Positions 1 through 10,520 are shown, counted from the first letter of the stretch. The stretch is 64,000 nucleotides of DNA from Pseudomonadota bacterium (GCA_043825875.1 JBDRRF010000038.1:26830-90829); one strand, 5' to 3'. Program-made: numbers and translations. Notes: a model not told the origin generated them from the sequence alone.

Positions 1-525
1 CCCGGAAAACACGAAAAAGAAAGCAAATATCAAAACAATTACATGAACGGACATAAGAAGAAAAAATATTGAACGGATAAGCCGGTTAATGTCATCTCTG
101 GTACACAACACAGCCGGAAGAAGAACAAGTATGGCTATAGTTTGAAGTGCTCTATGCATAACCGGGTTTTGTGTGAATGTAATAGGAATACCATCTCTGA
201 CAGGGTAGAATAATGGGCTTAATGCAGCCCATAGTGCGATTATGAAGGCAAAAACTACGGCTATATTGTAACGCCTTTTCGAAAGAGCATCGGCTATCTG
301 TCTTGCATATCTTAATAAAAGCACTGCCGCCAATGGATAGATCGGATAAACTGTAAGCAATGGCTTGAAAGAGGCAGACCACGGAAATTCCGTATAAATA
401 CATAGCATTGCTATTGCCAGATAAGGACGAACAATAGCAATGACTACAAAGAACAAACTCAATGCCAACAAACCCATGAGGGAGCCGTCTAAATTCAAAA
501 AATTAATATAGTCAAATGCTTCCAT
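1..525 (-). CDS. Polytopic membrane protein, probable O-antigen polymerase/ligase (Wzy/WaaL-like); 3' part runs off the window
   Basis: Not in ORF track. Read by hand from ATG at 525 (MEAFDYINFLNLDGSLMGLLALSLFFVVIAIVRPYLAIAMLCIY...), open to base 1, several hydrophobic helices, lies in a polysaccharide locus. Confidence 0.55.
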   Translation of the reverse strand, partial: MEAFDYINFLNLDGSLMGLLALSLFFVVIAIVRPYLAIAMLCIYTEFPWSASFKPLLTVYPIYPLAAVLLLRYARQIADALSKRRYNIAVVFAFIIALWAALSPLFYPVRDGIPITFTQNPVMHRALQTIAILVLLPAVLCTRDDINRLIRSIFFLLMSVHVIVLIFAFFFVFSG

Positions 526-661
526 ACAGACATAATTCCATAACTGACATTGCACCAATTATTATATAGTTCATGTTATAATTCAGGCCACTAATTTCTT
601 AGAGACGAGTCTTACAACATGAGTTGTTTGATTTGGTATAAGTTGTTTTCAATGAATACAT

Positions 662-1825
662 TTAGTTAGGACAGATACTACGTCTCAAATATGATAGCGA
701 CTTCTCTCTTTCAAACTGCAGCTTGGCATGAACTTCATCGTAAGCTATATGAATATCTTTTTCTACAGGAAACTTGTCCATATACTTGTATAATCTGTTA
801 CTCAAGGAAAAGAGGCTCAGCACACTTTGCAATCGAGAGTTTCTTGAATTCGCGCCCAAGATAGGCGAAGCAACGGAAAAAAAAGGTTTTTCCATATTGA
901 GTGACAAAACAGTTCCATGAAAAGAGTTGGTAATAACTATTTCGGCATTTGCGATATATCCAATAAATTCTTGAGGACCGGCATCAACAACTGTTTTGAC
1001 TCTTCTGTCCCACATATCGTTCACATTACCGATCTTATAGACTGTGTATCCTGTTACTTCTTGTATATGATAACAAAGATCCATAAGGCCTGGCACATCA
1101 CCCAAAGCATAACAAAAGATATATGGGCTCTTATTCTTAGTTTCCTTAACGATTTCCTTCCATTCTCCCATTGTTAAAAGTAGTGTCGGGTCCAAAACAA
1201 CCTCTGCAACACGTCCTGTAAGTTTATAAATTAATTCTGCACCTTGTGTTTCACGCACAGATAAATAATGTATTTCATTCAACCACTGGCCATATAGTAG
1301 CTCAACCTCTTTATTCACCTCGCTAACACCAAAACTTGGCGCATAAGCAATTCGTGGAATTCCCTGAGGTACAAAAGTAAGAAAATATGGTTCCGGACTA
1401 TAAGGGTAAGTGGGATTCCAAACTTGATCACTTCCCGTCACAAAACAATCATAATCAAGTTTGGCAGCATAAAGATCATCACTACAACAAAAAGATCTAT
1501 CTGAAAACCTAATATGTGACTGTTCAAATTTGTGAAATCTTGAGCGTTTCCGAATATATACCAAAGACTCCAGCAACAATCTGGCGGAAGATTTAATCCT
1601 TTTCTGCAAACTGATTTGCGGTTCTTTTAATGCATTTATCGCATACTCTTTTAAAGGAGCATTTCTCTTTGTATATTTATAGTCTGTATGAACAGGCCTA
1701 AGAAGATCTATTACTTCACAGTCAACCCCTACTAATGCGGCTATAGACCGTTGTAATGCATATGATTGAAGAACAGCACCGTAGTTTGTTGATCGTTGAA
1801 ATGTTAAGATAGCAACTTTAGTCAT
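662..1825 (-). CDS. Polysaccharide pyruvyl transferase family protein
   Basis: Start moved to MTKVAILTF (1825); motifs NYGAVLQ, GSDQVWN, SVRE, DPTLLL, TNSFHG. Confidence 0.9.
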   Translation of the reverse strand: MTKVAILTFQRSTNYGAVLQSYALQRSIAALVGVDCEVIDLLRPVHTDYKYTKRNAPLKEYAINALKEPQISLQKRIKSSARLLLESLVYIRKRSRFHKFEQSHIRFSDRSFCCSDDLYAAKLDYDCFVTGSDQVWNPTYPYSPEPYFLTFVPQGIPRIAYAPSFGVSEVNKEVELLYGQWLNEIHYLSVRETQGAELIYKLTGRVAEVVLDPTLLLTMGEWKEIVKETKNKSPYIFCYALGDVPGLMDLCYHIQEVTGYTVYKIGNVNDMWDRRVKTVVDAGPQEFIGYIANAEIVITNSFHGTVLSLNMEKPFFSVASPILGANSRNSRLQSVLSLFSLSNRLYKYMDKFPVEKDIHIAYDEVHAKLQFEREKSLSYLRRSICPN

Positions 1826-3023
1826 GCTTTGTCTTTTTGAAATACCTTTTAAGAAAAGCAACACCATTAGGACCAATTGCCTGTAGGATGGTTCTTGCCA
1901 ACTTTTGAAACATATTGATTTTTGCTGAAAGTTCATACTTTGAGCACAGCGCTTCAATTGACATTAACGGCATATCCATTAAGAATGTATCTCTATCTGG
2001 TGGATATACACTTGTTTCATAAAGACGATGGTTCTTTTTCTTCGCTTCAGATAACTGTCGCTCCTCAAGGAATAGATCTTTCTTGCAAGCCTGCAAAGCA
2101 GTCTCACCGCGGCTGGAATTGACGAGCAAAACGGAAACCCCCTGGGTGATATCATGATGAAACGGGATATCCTCACCAATGCCCCAGAAATCCCCCAAAG
2201 TAACGTCCCCAATTCTGGGAATATGGGCATATTTACATGAATAACATGATCTTCTACTAACCAACCCCTTTAAGAAAGCTTGTTGATAGTAATCATGCCG
2301 CCCATTCAACAAATACTCTTTTTCCGGTGTGGAATGGACAGTAAGAATTGTAGCACGTTTCCATGTCTTTTTGTCCCTGAATCTTATATCATCAAACTTG
2401 TTATACCCCTCTTGCCCTAAAAACTGTAGGTACTCATCAAAGAAGCGTTGTGATGGAACACCATGACACACCAGATCGCAAGTCAGCAAATTATCATAAT
2501 CCTTTTGAAGATAACCATACAGACCTGCAACTTGACATGGCGTACCAGAAAACATGACAGGCAATCCGCCATCTAAATAATTAGCAACTTTAGCATAAGC
2601 ATCACCTATAAAACTTTGTAGATATTTAGCTCCACGTAGCTTGTGTAAATCAGCAAGATTTTTTACCGCATGATGCCTAAGTTTGAAGTCACTATCAAAT
2701 GCCGCTCCAAAGACGACTCCTGATTGGTTTAATATATAATCCGCAAAAACTGTAAAGATCCCACCGGAACTACTGTCCGTTCTGATTGGTTTGTCTTTAC
2801 TCCAAGCTGCATAAACTGTAGGTGCATCAAATCTTAATTTATGAACATCTGTTACTAATGGGCATGTATCAAGGCACATGTCACAGTTCGTACATTTCTC
2901 TGCATTTATCTCAGGCACAAGAAAACCTTCATGGTTTTCGTGCAGAGTAATAGCCCCAGACGGACAAATACTCACACATGCTGCACATCCAGTGCATTGA
3001 TTTTCAGAACATAACATAGCCAT
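1818..3023 (-). CDS. 4Fe-4S ferredoxin + coenzyme F420 hydrogenase beta (FrhB) C-terminal domain protein
   Basis: Two CxxCxxCxxxCP motifs; SSSGG, GTPCQV, CHGVPS, CYSC, GDFWG. Confidence 0.88.
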   Translation of the reverse strand: MAMLCSENQCTGCAACVSICPSGAITLHENHEGFLVPEINAEKCTNCDMCLDTCPLVTDVHKLRFDAPTVYAAWSKDKPIRTDSSSGGIFTVFADYILNQSGVVFGAAFDSDFKLRHHAVKNLADLHKLRGAKYLQSFIGDAYAKVANYLDGGLPVMFSGTPCQVAGLYGYLQKDYDNLLTCDLVCHGVPSQRFFDEYLQFLGQEGYNKFDDIRFRDKKTWKRATILTVHSTPEKEYLLNGRHDYYQQAFLKGLVSRRSCYSCKYAHIPRIGDVTLGDFWGIGEDIPFHHDITQGVSVLLVNSSRGETALQACKKDLFLEERQLSEAKKKNHRLYETSVYPPDRDTFLMDMPLMSIEALCSKYELSAKINMFQKLARTILQAIGPNGVAFLKRYFKKTKHD

Positions 3024-3069
3024 TTATAAACTGTACATTAATAAATGTATGTGCCACTGTAATAAAGAT

Positions 3070-4191
3070 TTAGGCATTAAGTGCATTAGTAAGGTATTGA
3101 AGAGATTTTTTCCTCATATCGTTAAGCCGCTTGTTAACAACATCGTAGTCAGGCTGAATGCGGGACAATTCAGGTAACTCTGAATTTATCGGAAGTATTT
3201 GGTTAGGCATTTGTAGTCCCTCAAGCAAGTTTCTCTGACGGCAATCTGACGTTGGTTTTTCACTTACCAGAGAAACAAAAGTCTTCTCAAAGCTAATAGC
3301 AAAAACGCTGCCATGAAAGGAAGTTGTGAGAACAATTTCCGCATTGGCAAACCAACCGAGAAATTCTCGCGGGCCTGCGTTAAAAATCGCATGAATCTTA
3401 GAATTGAGTATTTTCTTTATTGTATAGGGCAACAGAATCACGAGTTCATATCCGGTATTCTTTTTGAGATTCATTGCTAATATTTCAGCATAGGGTTGTG
3501 GGTTGAAGCTATATTCCAGGAAATAACATAAAATATACTTTTTCTTCAAACGAGGTTGGATTGCAAGCCTTCTCCATTCATCAGATGTAAGTAAAAGGGT
3601 CGGATCAAGAACCTCTTCAGAAGAACGCCCGATCAGATCAGCAATAATATGAGTTCCAGACCGCTCCCGGACCGACAAATTGGAATACTTTCTTAAGTGT
3701 TTTTTATACAATTCCGCATAGTGCTGATCAAAACTGTCATTTCCAAAACTGGCAGCATAGGCTATTCGTTTGGCGCTTTCAGGGGCAAACTCAAGGAGAA
3801 AAGTTGGATCGGCAAGCATGTACTTCGTATTCCACACTTGGTCACTTCCGGTAATGTAGATATCATACTCGGGCTTGCATTCATGCAAGGATGACATGGT
3901 TTTATATTGATCATTTGATAATATAATATAGTTGGTAAGAAATTCGGCAAAAGCTTCTTCTCTTCTCCTTCTTCCTGTAATCATGTCAGCAATTATCAAT
4001 TTTAATTTGCTATATAGAGAGGATTTTTCAGAATTAGGGGGCTTTGGTTTTTGATGATAGTTATTGGGGTAAAGATAATCGATAACTTCACAATCATATC
4101 CTATATTTATTATGCTTCTCTGCAGAGCATATGTCTGTAAGATTGACCCGTAATTCGGAACACGATGAATTGTGACCATACCGACTTTCAT
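3070..4191 (-). CDS. Polysaccharide pyruvyl transferase family protein
   Basis: NYGSILQ, GSDQVWN, SVRE, DPTLLL, TSFHG. Confidence 0.9.
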   Translation of the reverse strand: MKVGMVTIHRVPNYGSILQTYALQRSIINIGYDCEVIDYLYPNNYHQKPKPPNSEKSSLYSKLKLIIADMITGRRRREEAFAEFLTNYIILSNDQYKTMSSLHECKPEYDIYITGSDQVWNTKYMLADPTFLLEFAPESAKRIAYAASFGNDSFDQHYAELYKKHLRKYSNLSVRERSGTHIIADLIGRSSEEVLDPTLLLTSDEWRRLAIQPRLKKKYILCYFLEYSFNPQPYAEILAMNLKKNTGYELVILLPYTIKKILNSKIHAIFNAGPREFLGWFANAEIVLTTSFHGSVFAISFEKTFVSLVSEKPTSDCRQRNLLEGLQMPNQILPINSELPELSRIQPDYDVVNKRLNDMRKKSLQYLTNALNA

Positions 4192-4292
4192 GAAATACTC
4201 CTATCATGATAATAACTAATTCTTCAATAGTAGATGTTCTTCAAATATTTTTAGCTAATTTTCGCTAAATATTCTGGCATTAGATGCTCGTG

Positions 4293-5819
4293 TCACTTTT
4301 TGCTACGGGTTACCCTCCTCCAGCTTTCAACTATAAATACACGCTCTTGAGCATCAGTCCCAAAGAACCAAGTAACCAACATAACAGTGAAAGCGCTAAA
4401 GAAAAAGACTAAGGCAAGGCGTAATAACGAAGTTGGCATGATATATCTCGGAATATGAGCCATTGTTATAGACGCGACAGCAACAATAAGACTAGGTCGA
4501 ACAACAACTTTCAGCCATTTATAGATAGGTACACCAAGATGATGACGTAACCATAGCACCCGCCCATATGAGCATATCGTCATGGTTATGACAAATGCCA
4601 CACCGACACTCGTAGGCGGATAACCAAGTTTGATGAAAAGCCAAGCCAAAGGCAGGGTCAAAATTAATATCGTTCCCAGTGTTGCCTGGTAGCCGGCTAT
4701 TTTGCCATAGGCGTTGATAGCGGACATATATCCGGCAGTCAGTCTGTCGAGGAGAAATGTTACTATCATCAATTGGCAAAATAGGGCTGTATGTATAGGT
4801 GGCTCAAGTAGCCATAGCTTGAGTATATAATGCATCTCAACTATAAGCGGAATAGCAAATAACAATACAAGAATAGTACTGAACTTACTGGCACGATGGG
4901 AGAGGGCAATCATGCGGGCCCTATCACCACGGCCTTCGCTGGCGGTAATTTCCGGGGAAAAAGCTGCGAACATTGCTGTTGCAAGATTCCCGGTCTGAGT
5001 AGAAAGTTGATTAGCAATACCATAAGAAGCATTAGCCTTGGGTCCAAAAAAAAGATTGAGGAGAATATTAGAACCATGATTACGAAGAAGGCCCCCCAAT
5101 ATCCCTATAAAACTCCAAGACGCGAAGTTAAAGATTTCCTTAAAACGCTTAAAATCAAACCAATAATCATATTTTATGCGACACTCACGAAAAATAAATA
5201 AAGAACGGCAGACTTGCACAGCTTGTACAAATATATTCACGATAACCATACCAATGGCATAGAACAGCAATCGATCACCCGAAACCTGTGTAAGTAACCA
5301 AGCTATGGTAAATGCAAGAACTGCCTGGAGCATTTCCCATATAGAAAGTTCGGCAATGTTTTGCTTGGCCCTAAACATAGCGATGAATGGCGCAGATGCC
5401 ATGCCTGTTGAGGCCGAGACAAGCGAAAACCGGAAAACCCATACGCAGGCTTGAATACGTTCCGGTGGAATAGTGAGAAATCGGCGGATGCAAAGTTCAC
5501 CGATCGGCCAGCCAAGCAAAACCAGTAAGATAGGTATAATCAAGTGAGTGCTAAGTGCGGCATTAAACCACTTGTTGACTTCGCCAATATTGCCCTGGCC
5601 AATGGCGTAGGCAAAGTGTCGGGCTGCGCTGCTCGCCATAACATTGTTAATAAAGGCAACGAATATAATGAGTGAGCCGACCAAACAGAACAAACCATAA
5701 TCTGTTTGCCCCAAAGCATTGAGCACCCAACGGCTACTAAATAAAGCAAGACCTGCGGCAATTAAAGAGCGCGTATATACCGCAATAGTGTTAAAAATAA
5801 TGCGTTGAGCTGGAGTCAC
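4293..5819 (-). CDS. Wzx/MATE-like polysaccharide flippase
   Basis: 508 aa, many TM helices, SRWVLNALGQTDYGL N-terminus, locus context. Confidence 0.85.
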   Translation of the reverse strand: MTPAQRIIFNTIAVYTRSLIAAGLALFSSRWVLNALGQTDYGLFCLVGSLIIFVAFINNVMASSAARHFAYAIGQGNIGEVNKWFNAALSTHLIIPILLVLLGWPIGELCIRRFLTIPPERIQACVWVFRFSLVSASTGMASAPFIAMFRAKQNIAELSIWEMLQAVLAFTIAWLLTQVSGDRLLFYAIGMVIVNIFVQAVQVCRSLFIFRECRIKYDYWFDFKRFKEIFNFASWSFIGILGGLLRNHGSNILLNLFFGPKANASYGIANQLSTQTGNLATAMFAAFSPEITASEGRGDRARMIALSHRASKFSTILVLLFAIPLIVEMHYILKLWLLEPPIHTALFCQLMIVTFLLDRLTAGYMSAINAYGKIAGYQATLGTILILTLPLAWLFIKLGYPPTSVGVAFVITMTICSYGRVLWLRHHLGVPIYKWLKVVVRPSLIVAVASITMAHIPRYIMPTSLLRLALVFFFSAFTVMLVTWFFGTDAQERVFIVESWRRVTRSKK

Positions 5820-7003
5820 TAAGAAAGTATTCCTTTTTTCAGCCTACGCCAAATAAAACCGAGAGCCCGGCGCCAAAAAGGCTTCCTCGGGTTCGGATAG
5901 AGCCGGTATTTACTTCGTAGATCCGCGACAGAGGTAGAAACCATATCCTGTAAAAATGTATCACGCTCGGGGGGCTTACGGGCTGAGCGACTCAAAACAG
6001 GATTACCTGCAACAGCAGTTTCTATATCTCCCTTGCCTAAGAAAAGCCGATCTTCAGATAGTTTGAGCCAACCTTGTCCTTTTATGGTATTGATCAACAA
6101 TAGAGATGTACCCTTATCATCCCTATCATACTGCGGATATTTGTTCGCAACTCCCCAATAGTCGGCAATCGTTATATCGCCTTGACGAATAGTTTCAGTG
6201 AATTTGCAAACATAACAGGTCTTTCTAAGGCAATAGTTTTTCAGAAAGGATGACATATAGGGATCGACATGCATTTCGTCAAAGCAAGTACTACCGTCAC
6301 GCCATGTTTTCATGATTTTGAATTGTTTCCATCCCTTGAGTTTATGGCGGAATGCAAGCTGAATCACTTGAGATGCACCCTTTTGAAGGGACATAAGATA
6401 CTTTTTAAACCAAGCTGGCGATGGAACTCCATGACAGAGAATATCACAGCAAAATATATTCTCATATTCCCGACCTAAATAGTTACGCAACGCGGCAACT
6501 TGACAAGGAGTGCCTGAGAAAAGAACGTACCGCCCTTCATTAGCTAATGATTGAATTTGCTGATACAGTTCAGGCGTGATAATGCTTTGCACATATTTTG
6601 AGCCGCGCAAAAATGATAAGCTATCATAATCCTCAATCAGTAAATGACGAACGACCATAGATTCGTCGAATGCAGCACCGACAACTGCACCGCCATGCTT
6701 AATAATATCTTCGGCGAGAGCTGTAAACACACCCCCTGATGAGCTTTCATGGCGAACGTCTTTATCAAGATGCCAAGATGCATATACCAACGGTGGGTCT
6801 ATACGATATTCAACGTCACACACGGCACATAACGGACATGTGGTGATACACAACCCGCAATCTTCACAGCGAGTTGAGTCAAGTTGTGGATATAAAAATC
6901 CCTCAGTATCAGCCAGCATCTGAATGCAGTCGTTGGGGCAAACAGCCATACAGACACCACATCCGCAACAATCTTCAGGCCTCTTAATATCGATATGGGG
7001 CAT
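5819..7003 (-). CDS. 4Fe-4S ferredoxin + FrhB C-terminal domain protein (paralog of 1818-3023)
   Basis: CCGCGVCMAVCP, CEDCGLCITTCP, SSSGG, GTPCQV, CHGVPS. Confidence 0.88.
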   Translation of the reverse strand: MPHIDIKRPEDCCGCGVCMAVCPNDCIQMLADTEGFLYPQLDSTRCEDCGLCITTCPLCAVCDVEYRIDPPLVYASWHLDKDVRHESSSGGVFTALAEDIIKHGGAVVGAAFDESMVVRHLLIEDYDSLSFLRGSKYVQSIITPELYQQIQSLANEGRYVLFSGTPCQVAALRNYLGREYENIFCCDILCHGVPSPAWFKKYLMSLQKGASQVIQLAFRHKLKGWKQFKIMKTWRDGSTCFDEMHVDPYMSSFLKNYCLRKTCYVCKFTETIRQGDITIADYWGVANKYPQYDRDDKGTSLLLINTIKGQGWLKLSEDRLFLGKGDIETAVAGNPVLSRSARKPPERDTFLQDMVSTSVADLRSKYRLYPNPRKPFWRRALGFIWRRLKKGILS

Positions 7004-7099
7004 AGATCAATGCCTCGTTAAATATTGGCAAATGGATAGCACTTTGCTTATCTATCAAGTTACTTTATGATAAACCCATGCCGGGGGCAGGGTGAAACG

Positions 7100-8122
7100 C
7101 TAATTACTTTTTGTTATACGCACCCTCACTCTTACAAGCCAACATACAAAAAGGATCAATAGAAATTGCTTCTTCATAAAAAGGTTAAATAAAATAAATG
7201 GTTTGGGCCGTAGGCCATCCATTGAATTACAATTTTGATAAAATAATCTTGATTCAGAAAACAGCAATTTGAGCATCTTATATCGTTGAGCTATGCTCTT
7301 ATATTCCATATTGCAGATGTTTTCACAAATAGTAACAATGAAACCGGTGATCTTAAAAAGATAATTGTAACAAATACCAAAGCAATCTTCTAATTGTAAT
7401 TGATATAAATAATCAATCACTTGTTTGTGCGACATGATTTTCTTTTCCAATTTGTGCCTTTTGCTTCTCTCAAACTCATTATAAGAATAATTATAAAAAG
7501 GTCTCCCATCAATATATACTATGGTGGCTTTCGTTAGTGAACTTAGGACGAACACAAGATCTTCATGATAACCTATATTGGTGTTGAATAGGATGCTTTG
7601 TGGCTCTAACAAATCTCTTTTATATACAAAACGCCCAATGTGTGTGTTCAGGGGGGAAATGCTGTTTGGCCCGCCTAAAATATCTACAATTAGATTTTTG
7701 TGAATTTGTTCGGGCTGGCTTAGGACATAGTCAAACCTGCGAAGATCGTAAACAGCTTCACCATTAACGCAATATCCAGAAACACCAATATCCGCTTCAT
7801 ATGCTTGCATCTTGGCGAGTATTTCAGCATACATGGTATTGTCAACACTATCATCCGCATCTACGAAGGCGATATAATGTCCTTTAGCCACTCTGAGGCC
7901 ATGATTTCTTGCCGCACTAACCCCACTGTTTTCCTGCTGGACTACTACGACGCGATTATCTGTTTGGCAGATTTTTTTTGCAATTAAAAGACTATCATCT
8001 TGGGACCCATCATCTACAAGAATAACCTCTAAGTCTTTGAGATTCTGCGACAAGATGGAATCAACGGTACTACGCAGGGTAGAAGACGCATTATAAAACG
8101 GGACAATAATACTGATAACCAT
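7100..8122 (-). CDS. Family 2 glycosyltransferase
   Basis: ISIIVPFYN, VDDGS, GVSAARN, FVDADD, ED motif. Confidence 0.92.
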   Translation of the reverse strand: MVISIIVPFYNASSTLRSTVDSILSQNLKDLEVILVDDGSQDDSLLIAKKICQTDNRVVVVQQENSGVSAARNHGLRVAKGHYIAFVDADDSVDNTMYAEILAKMQAYEADIGVSGYCVNGEAVYDLRRFDYVLSQPEQIHKNLIVDILGGPNSISPLNTHIGRFVYKRDLLEPQSILFNTNIGYHEDLVFVLSSLTKATIVYIDGRPFYNYSYNEFERSKRHKLEKKIMSHKQVIDYLYQLQLEDCFGICYNYLFKITGFIVTICENICNMEYKSIAQRYKMLKLLFSESRLFYQNCNSMDGLRPKPFILFNLFMKKQFLLILFVCWLVRVRVRITKSN

Positions 8123-8195
8123 AAAATAAGCTTTCTGTTCTCCTTACATAATAGTCAAGAGTGGGTTCTAAATTCTGACAATAAATCTACTCGCC

Positions 8196-8392
8196 TTACA
8201 AATTGGGACCGGCAATACCAAGACACCAGGCAATTTAAAGGCAACTGTTCTATCCTTGTTCCAGCACCAGATTGACGGCATCTTGTTTAAATTCTTTTGT
8301 GTAATTTGGTTTATTTTGTTTTTTGTTCATTGGACACATCGCTTTCTTGCTTTTAGCTATTAGCATAGTGTCGTTTAAATTAAACCCCTTCA
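8196..8392 (-). mobile_element. IS3-family remnant: left inverted repeat and degraded orfA
   Basis: Minus strand starts TGAAGGGGTTTAATTTAAACGACAC; from ATG 8330 reads MNKKQNKPNYTKEFKQDAVNLVLEQG*NSCL*IAWCLGI, an OrfA HTH-like sequence with stops. Confidence 0.7.
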
Positions 8393-8424
8393 ACTTTGTT
8401 AAGTTTATTAAAAACATAGTACTT

Positions 8425-9792
8425 TTAGAAATCTGAAACCGATTCCTTTATCAGGATAGCTCCCCTGTGTGCTGGCAGAATGAGCATATCAACTATTGGA
8501 TCAACAAACGGATTCGATATGTTTTGGTGTGTAATCTGCCTACAGGGGGCTGGAAGCAGAATCCCGCTCACATTGGTATTTGAAAGATTGGCGTACACAT
8601 ATCCCTTTTCATACTCTCGCCAGTAAATGTTAACAGACTCATATTGCGCAACCTGATAAGTACCGACAGCTTTTCCCAGATCAATATCAAACTCATCAAA
8701 CCACCTAAGCTCCTTATTACTGTCATGCCAGGAAAAACAACTATTATCGGCAACAGTATTCTTCCCTAATAGAAAACAGCTGAGACCAAAATAAAATGCA
8801 TCCCAATAGGTGACTGGTTTTCCAAAATTATCCAGGCCTATGTCACCTGGCAAACCTTTTACGTGTGAAGACATGGCGACACGAACATTTTTGACAGATT
8901 GCATGGTATCAATAGAAGTTCTGCATGCAGATTCGGAATGGAATCCTGCAAAGGCACGAGAATATGATGTAACAAATGCACCTTCATCCATTAGAATATC
9001 TGGGTAGTCAGAAGATTGATCGAGCAAGATCCAACATGCCTGACCAATCGACGTATGAGTTTGTCCCATGTTAAACCAAACTTTTACGCCCTTTTTATGG
9101 AGAGCCGATGTTACTTGAAGAACAAATGTTTTAGCAGCAGAAGCCCACGCACTATTTGTTGGGTATTTAGCAGGATATGCTGTCAGGGTATAAGAATGTA
9201 TCAAGGAAGGGCCATCGACAAAAATACCATCTGCCTTGCATGGCTTGTTGACTATGTCAGTTAAGGTTGCCTCCACCCAGTAATCGATATAGGCCTGATG
9301 GCCGATATCCATTAACCAAACTCCATATTTATCATGAATCCTTTCCCCCTTGTTATCAAGAAGAAAAAGCTCTGTATGATCAATGTTCAGGTTGCCCATG
9401 GAGTGTCCACGGGCGTCATTCCATCGGGATATCGTGTTGATTTTTACGGCTAACTTGTTGTCCTGAGAATCATAAGCTCCAAACGAGAATTGGTAAAGAT
9501 ATACCTCATGCAACGAATTGAAAGATTTCAAGACCTGCCAACTATCACGGCCCAGTTTATCTTTGTAGGAACGTCTATTAAGATCTGAGAAGCTGAACTT
9601 TGCAAGCAAGGCTTCTTGGGCAGAAGTTAGTTCAGCGCCATAGTACCATGTAAAAACCGGAATAAACTTCTGAGATGCCTGTTTTGGTATTGGGGGTGTA
9701 GAAATTACCACATCCCCCATTGCAGTTCCGGCAAAACCGAAAAAAGATATCAACAAGTAAAGTATTGGAATAAAGGATAGACTTGAGGACAT
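8425..9792 (-). CDS. Secreted putative glycoside hydrolase (GHL15-like TIM barrel)
   Basis: Signal peptide from M at 9792; WLMDIGHQAYIDYW, DGIFVD, C-terminal DLGKAVG...YWREYEKGYVYAN. Confidence 0.6.
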   Translation of the reverse strand: MSSSLSFIPILYLLISFFGFAGTAMGDVVISTPPIPKQASQKFIPVFTWYYGAELTSAQEALLAKFSFSDLNRRSYKDKLGRDSWQVLKSFNSLHEVYLYQFSFGAYDSQDNKLAVKINTISRWNDARGHSMGNLNIDHTELFLLDNKGERIHDKYGVWLMDIGHQAYIDYWVEATLTDIVNKPCKADGIFVDGPSLIHSYTLTAYPAKYPTNSAWASAAKTFVLQVTSALHKKGVKVWFNMGQTHTSIGQACWILLDQSSDYPDILMDEGAFVTSYSRAFAGFHSESACRTSIDTMQSVKNVRVAMSSHVKGLPGDIGLDNFGKPVTYWDAFYFGLSCFLLGKNTVADNSCFSWHDSNKELRWFDEFDIDLGKAVGTYQVAQYESVNIYWREYEKGYVYANLSNTNVSGILLPAPCRQITHQNISNPFVDPIVDMLILPAHRGAILIKESVSDF

Positions 9793-9805
9793 TCTATATT
9801 CCTTA

Positions 9806-9855
9806 GGGACGACGAGGGGACGCCCTTTATATTTATAGTTACTATGCATTAACGA
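9806..9855. repeat. 50-bp direct repeat copy 1
   Basis: 47/50 identical to 10803-10852. Confidence 0.9.
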
Positions 9856-9860
9856 AAAGC

Positions 9861-9921
9861 TGTGTTATAAAAACGGTTCGCAGTTTACGGTTCGCAGTTC
9901 AAGGTTCAAGGTTTTAAGTTT
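9861..9921. repeat. TGTGTTATAAAAA box followed by seven degenerate heptamers (NNRGTTY)
   Basis: ACGGTTC GCAGTTT ACGGTTC GCAGTTC AAGGTTC AAGGTTT TAAGTTT; related units at 10142 and 11540. Confidence 0.8.
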
Positions 9922-9935
9922 TAAACGAATATTTA

Positions 9936-10121
9936 TCATTGTGCTGATGAATGCTTTTCCTCTTTGACTCTTTCATGGAGCCAGATCTTTATTAAGGCCG
10001 CACGATCAACGCCAATCGACATTCTGATTTTATCTATTTCTTTTACAAGCTCTTCCGACATATCAAGGGGGAACTTAGAAATATTTAGGTCACATCTTGA
10101 ATTGTGAATTAAGTTTTTCAT
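9936..10121 (-). CDS. CopG/ribbon-helix-helix antitoxin-like protein, probably N-terminally truncated
   Basis: FPLDM...EIDK...IGVDRAALIKIWLHERV; no partner toxin adjacent. Confidence 0.6.
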   Translation of the reverse strand: MKNLIHNSRCDLNISKFPLDMSEELVKEIDKIRMSIGVDRAALIKIWLHERVKEEKHSSAQ

Positions 10122-10141
10122 AATCTATCATTATATAAAAG

Positions 10142-10234
10142 ATTGTTTTGTGTTATGAAAATAGTTTACGGTTTACGGTAAGAAAAAATAATAGCTCATA
10201 AGTTCGTAAGATGTTGATCCAGGATTCAAGGGTC
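10142..10234. repeat. TGTGTTAT box + heptamers + AGGATTCAAGGGTC unit
   Basis: First 25 nt 22/25 identical to 11540-11564; same terminal motif. Confidence 0.7.
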
Positions 10235-10253
10235 GAGATATAAGATCATCTCC

Positions 10254-10520
10254 TCAATTGTAATGGCCACGGAATGAAGTAATATCTATTTCTTTAAGTG
10301 ATTCATAAATAGTATAAATAATACGGTCTTTATGGTTTACACGACGGCTGTATACTTCCTTTTCAAAATATTTAAGTCGTTCCGGCTTACCAGTACCGCC
10401 TCTTGGATTGCTGATCAATTCTCGTACCAAATCAAAACATTTGACATAACTGCTTCTATCATTTTTCCTAAACCAATCCAAATCGTCTTGAGCTTTCTTC
10501 AAGATTGTTATTCTATACAT
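10254..10520 (-). CDS. Txe/YoeB family toxin
   Basis: GTGKPERLK, YSRRVNHKDRIIY, C-terminal RGHY; start at MYRITIL overlapping the antitoxin. Confidence 0.9.
   Translation of the reverse strand: MYRITILKKAQDDLDWFRKNDRSSYVKCFDLVRELISNPRGGTGKPERLKYFEKEVYSRRVNHKDRIIYTIYESLKEIDITSFRGHYN

Noticed and set aside
152..403. 83-aa ORF in the track
   Set aside because: Out-of-frame overlap with the longer membrane-protein frame 525 to 1
1818..7003. F420-reducing hydrogenase or archaeal-type energy metabolism
   Set aside because: Only FrhB-like domains in a polysaccharide locus; no NiFe large subunit or maturation genes
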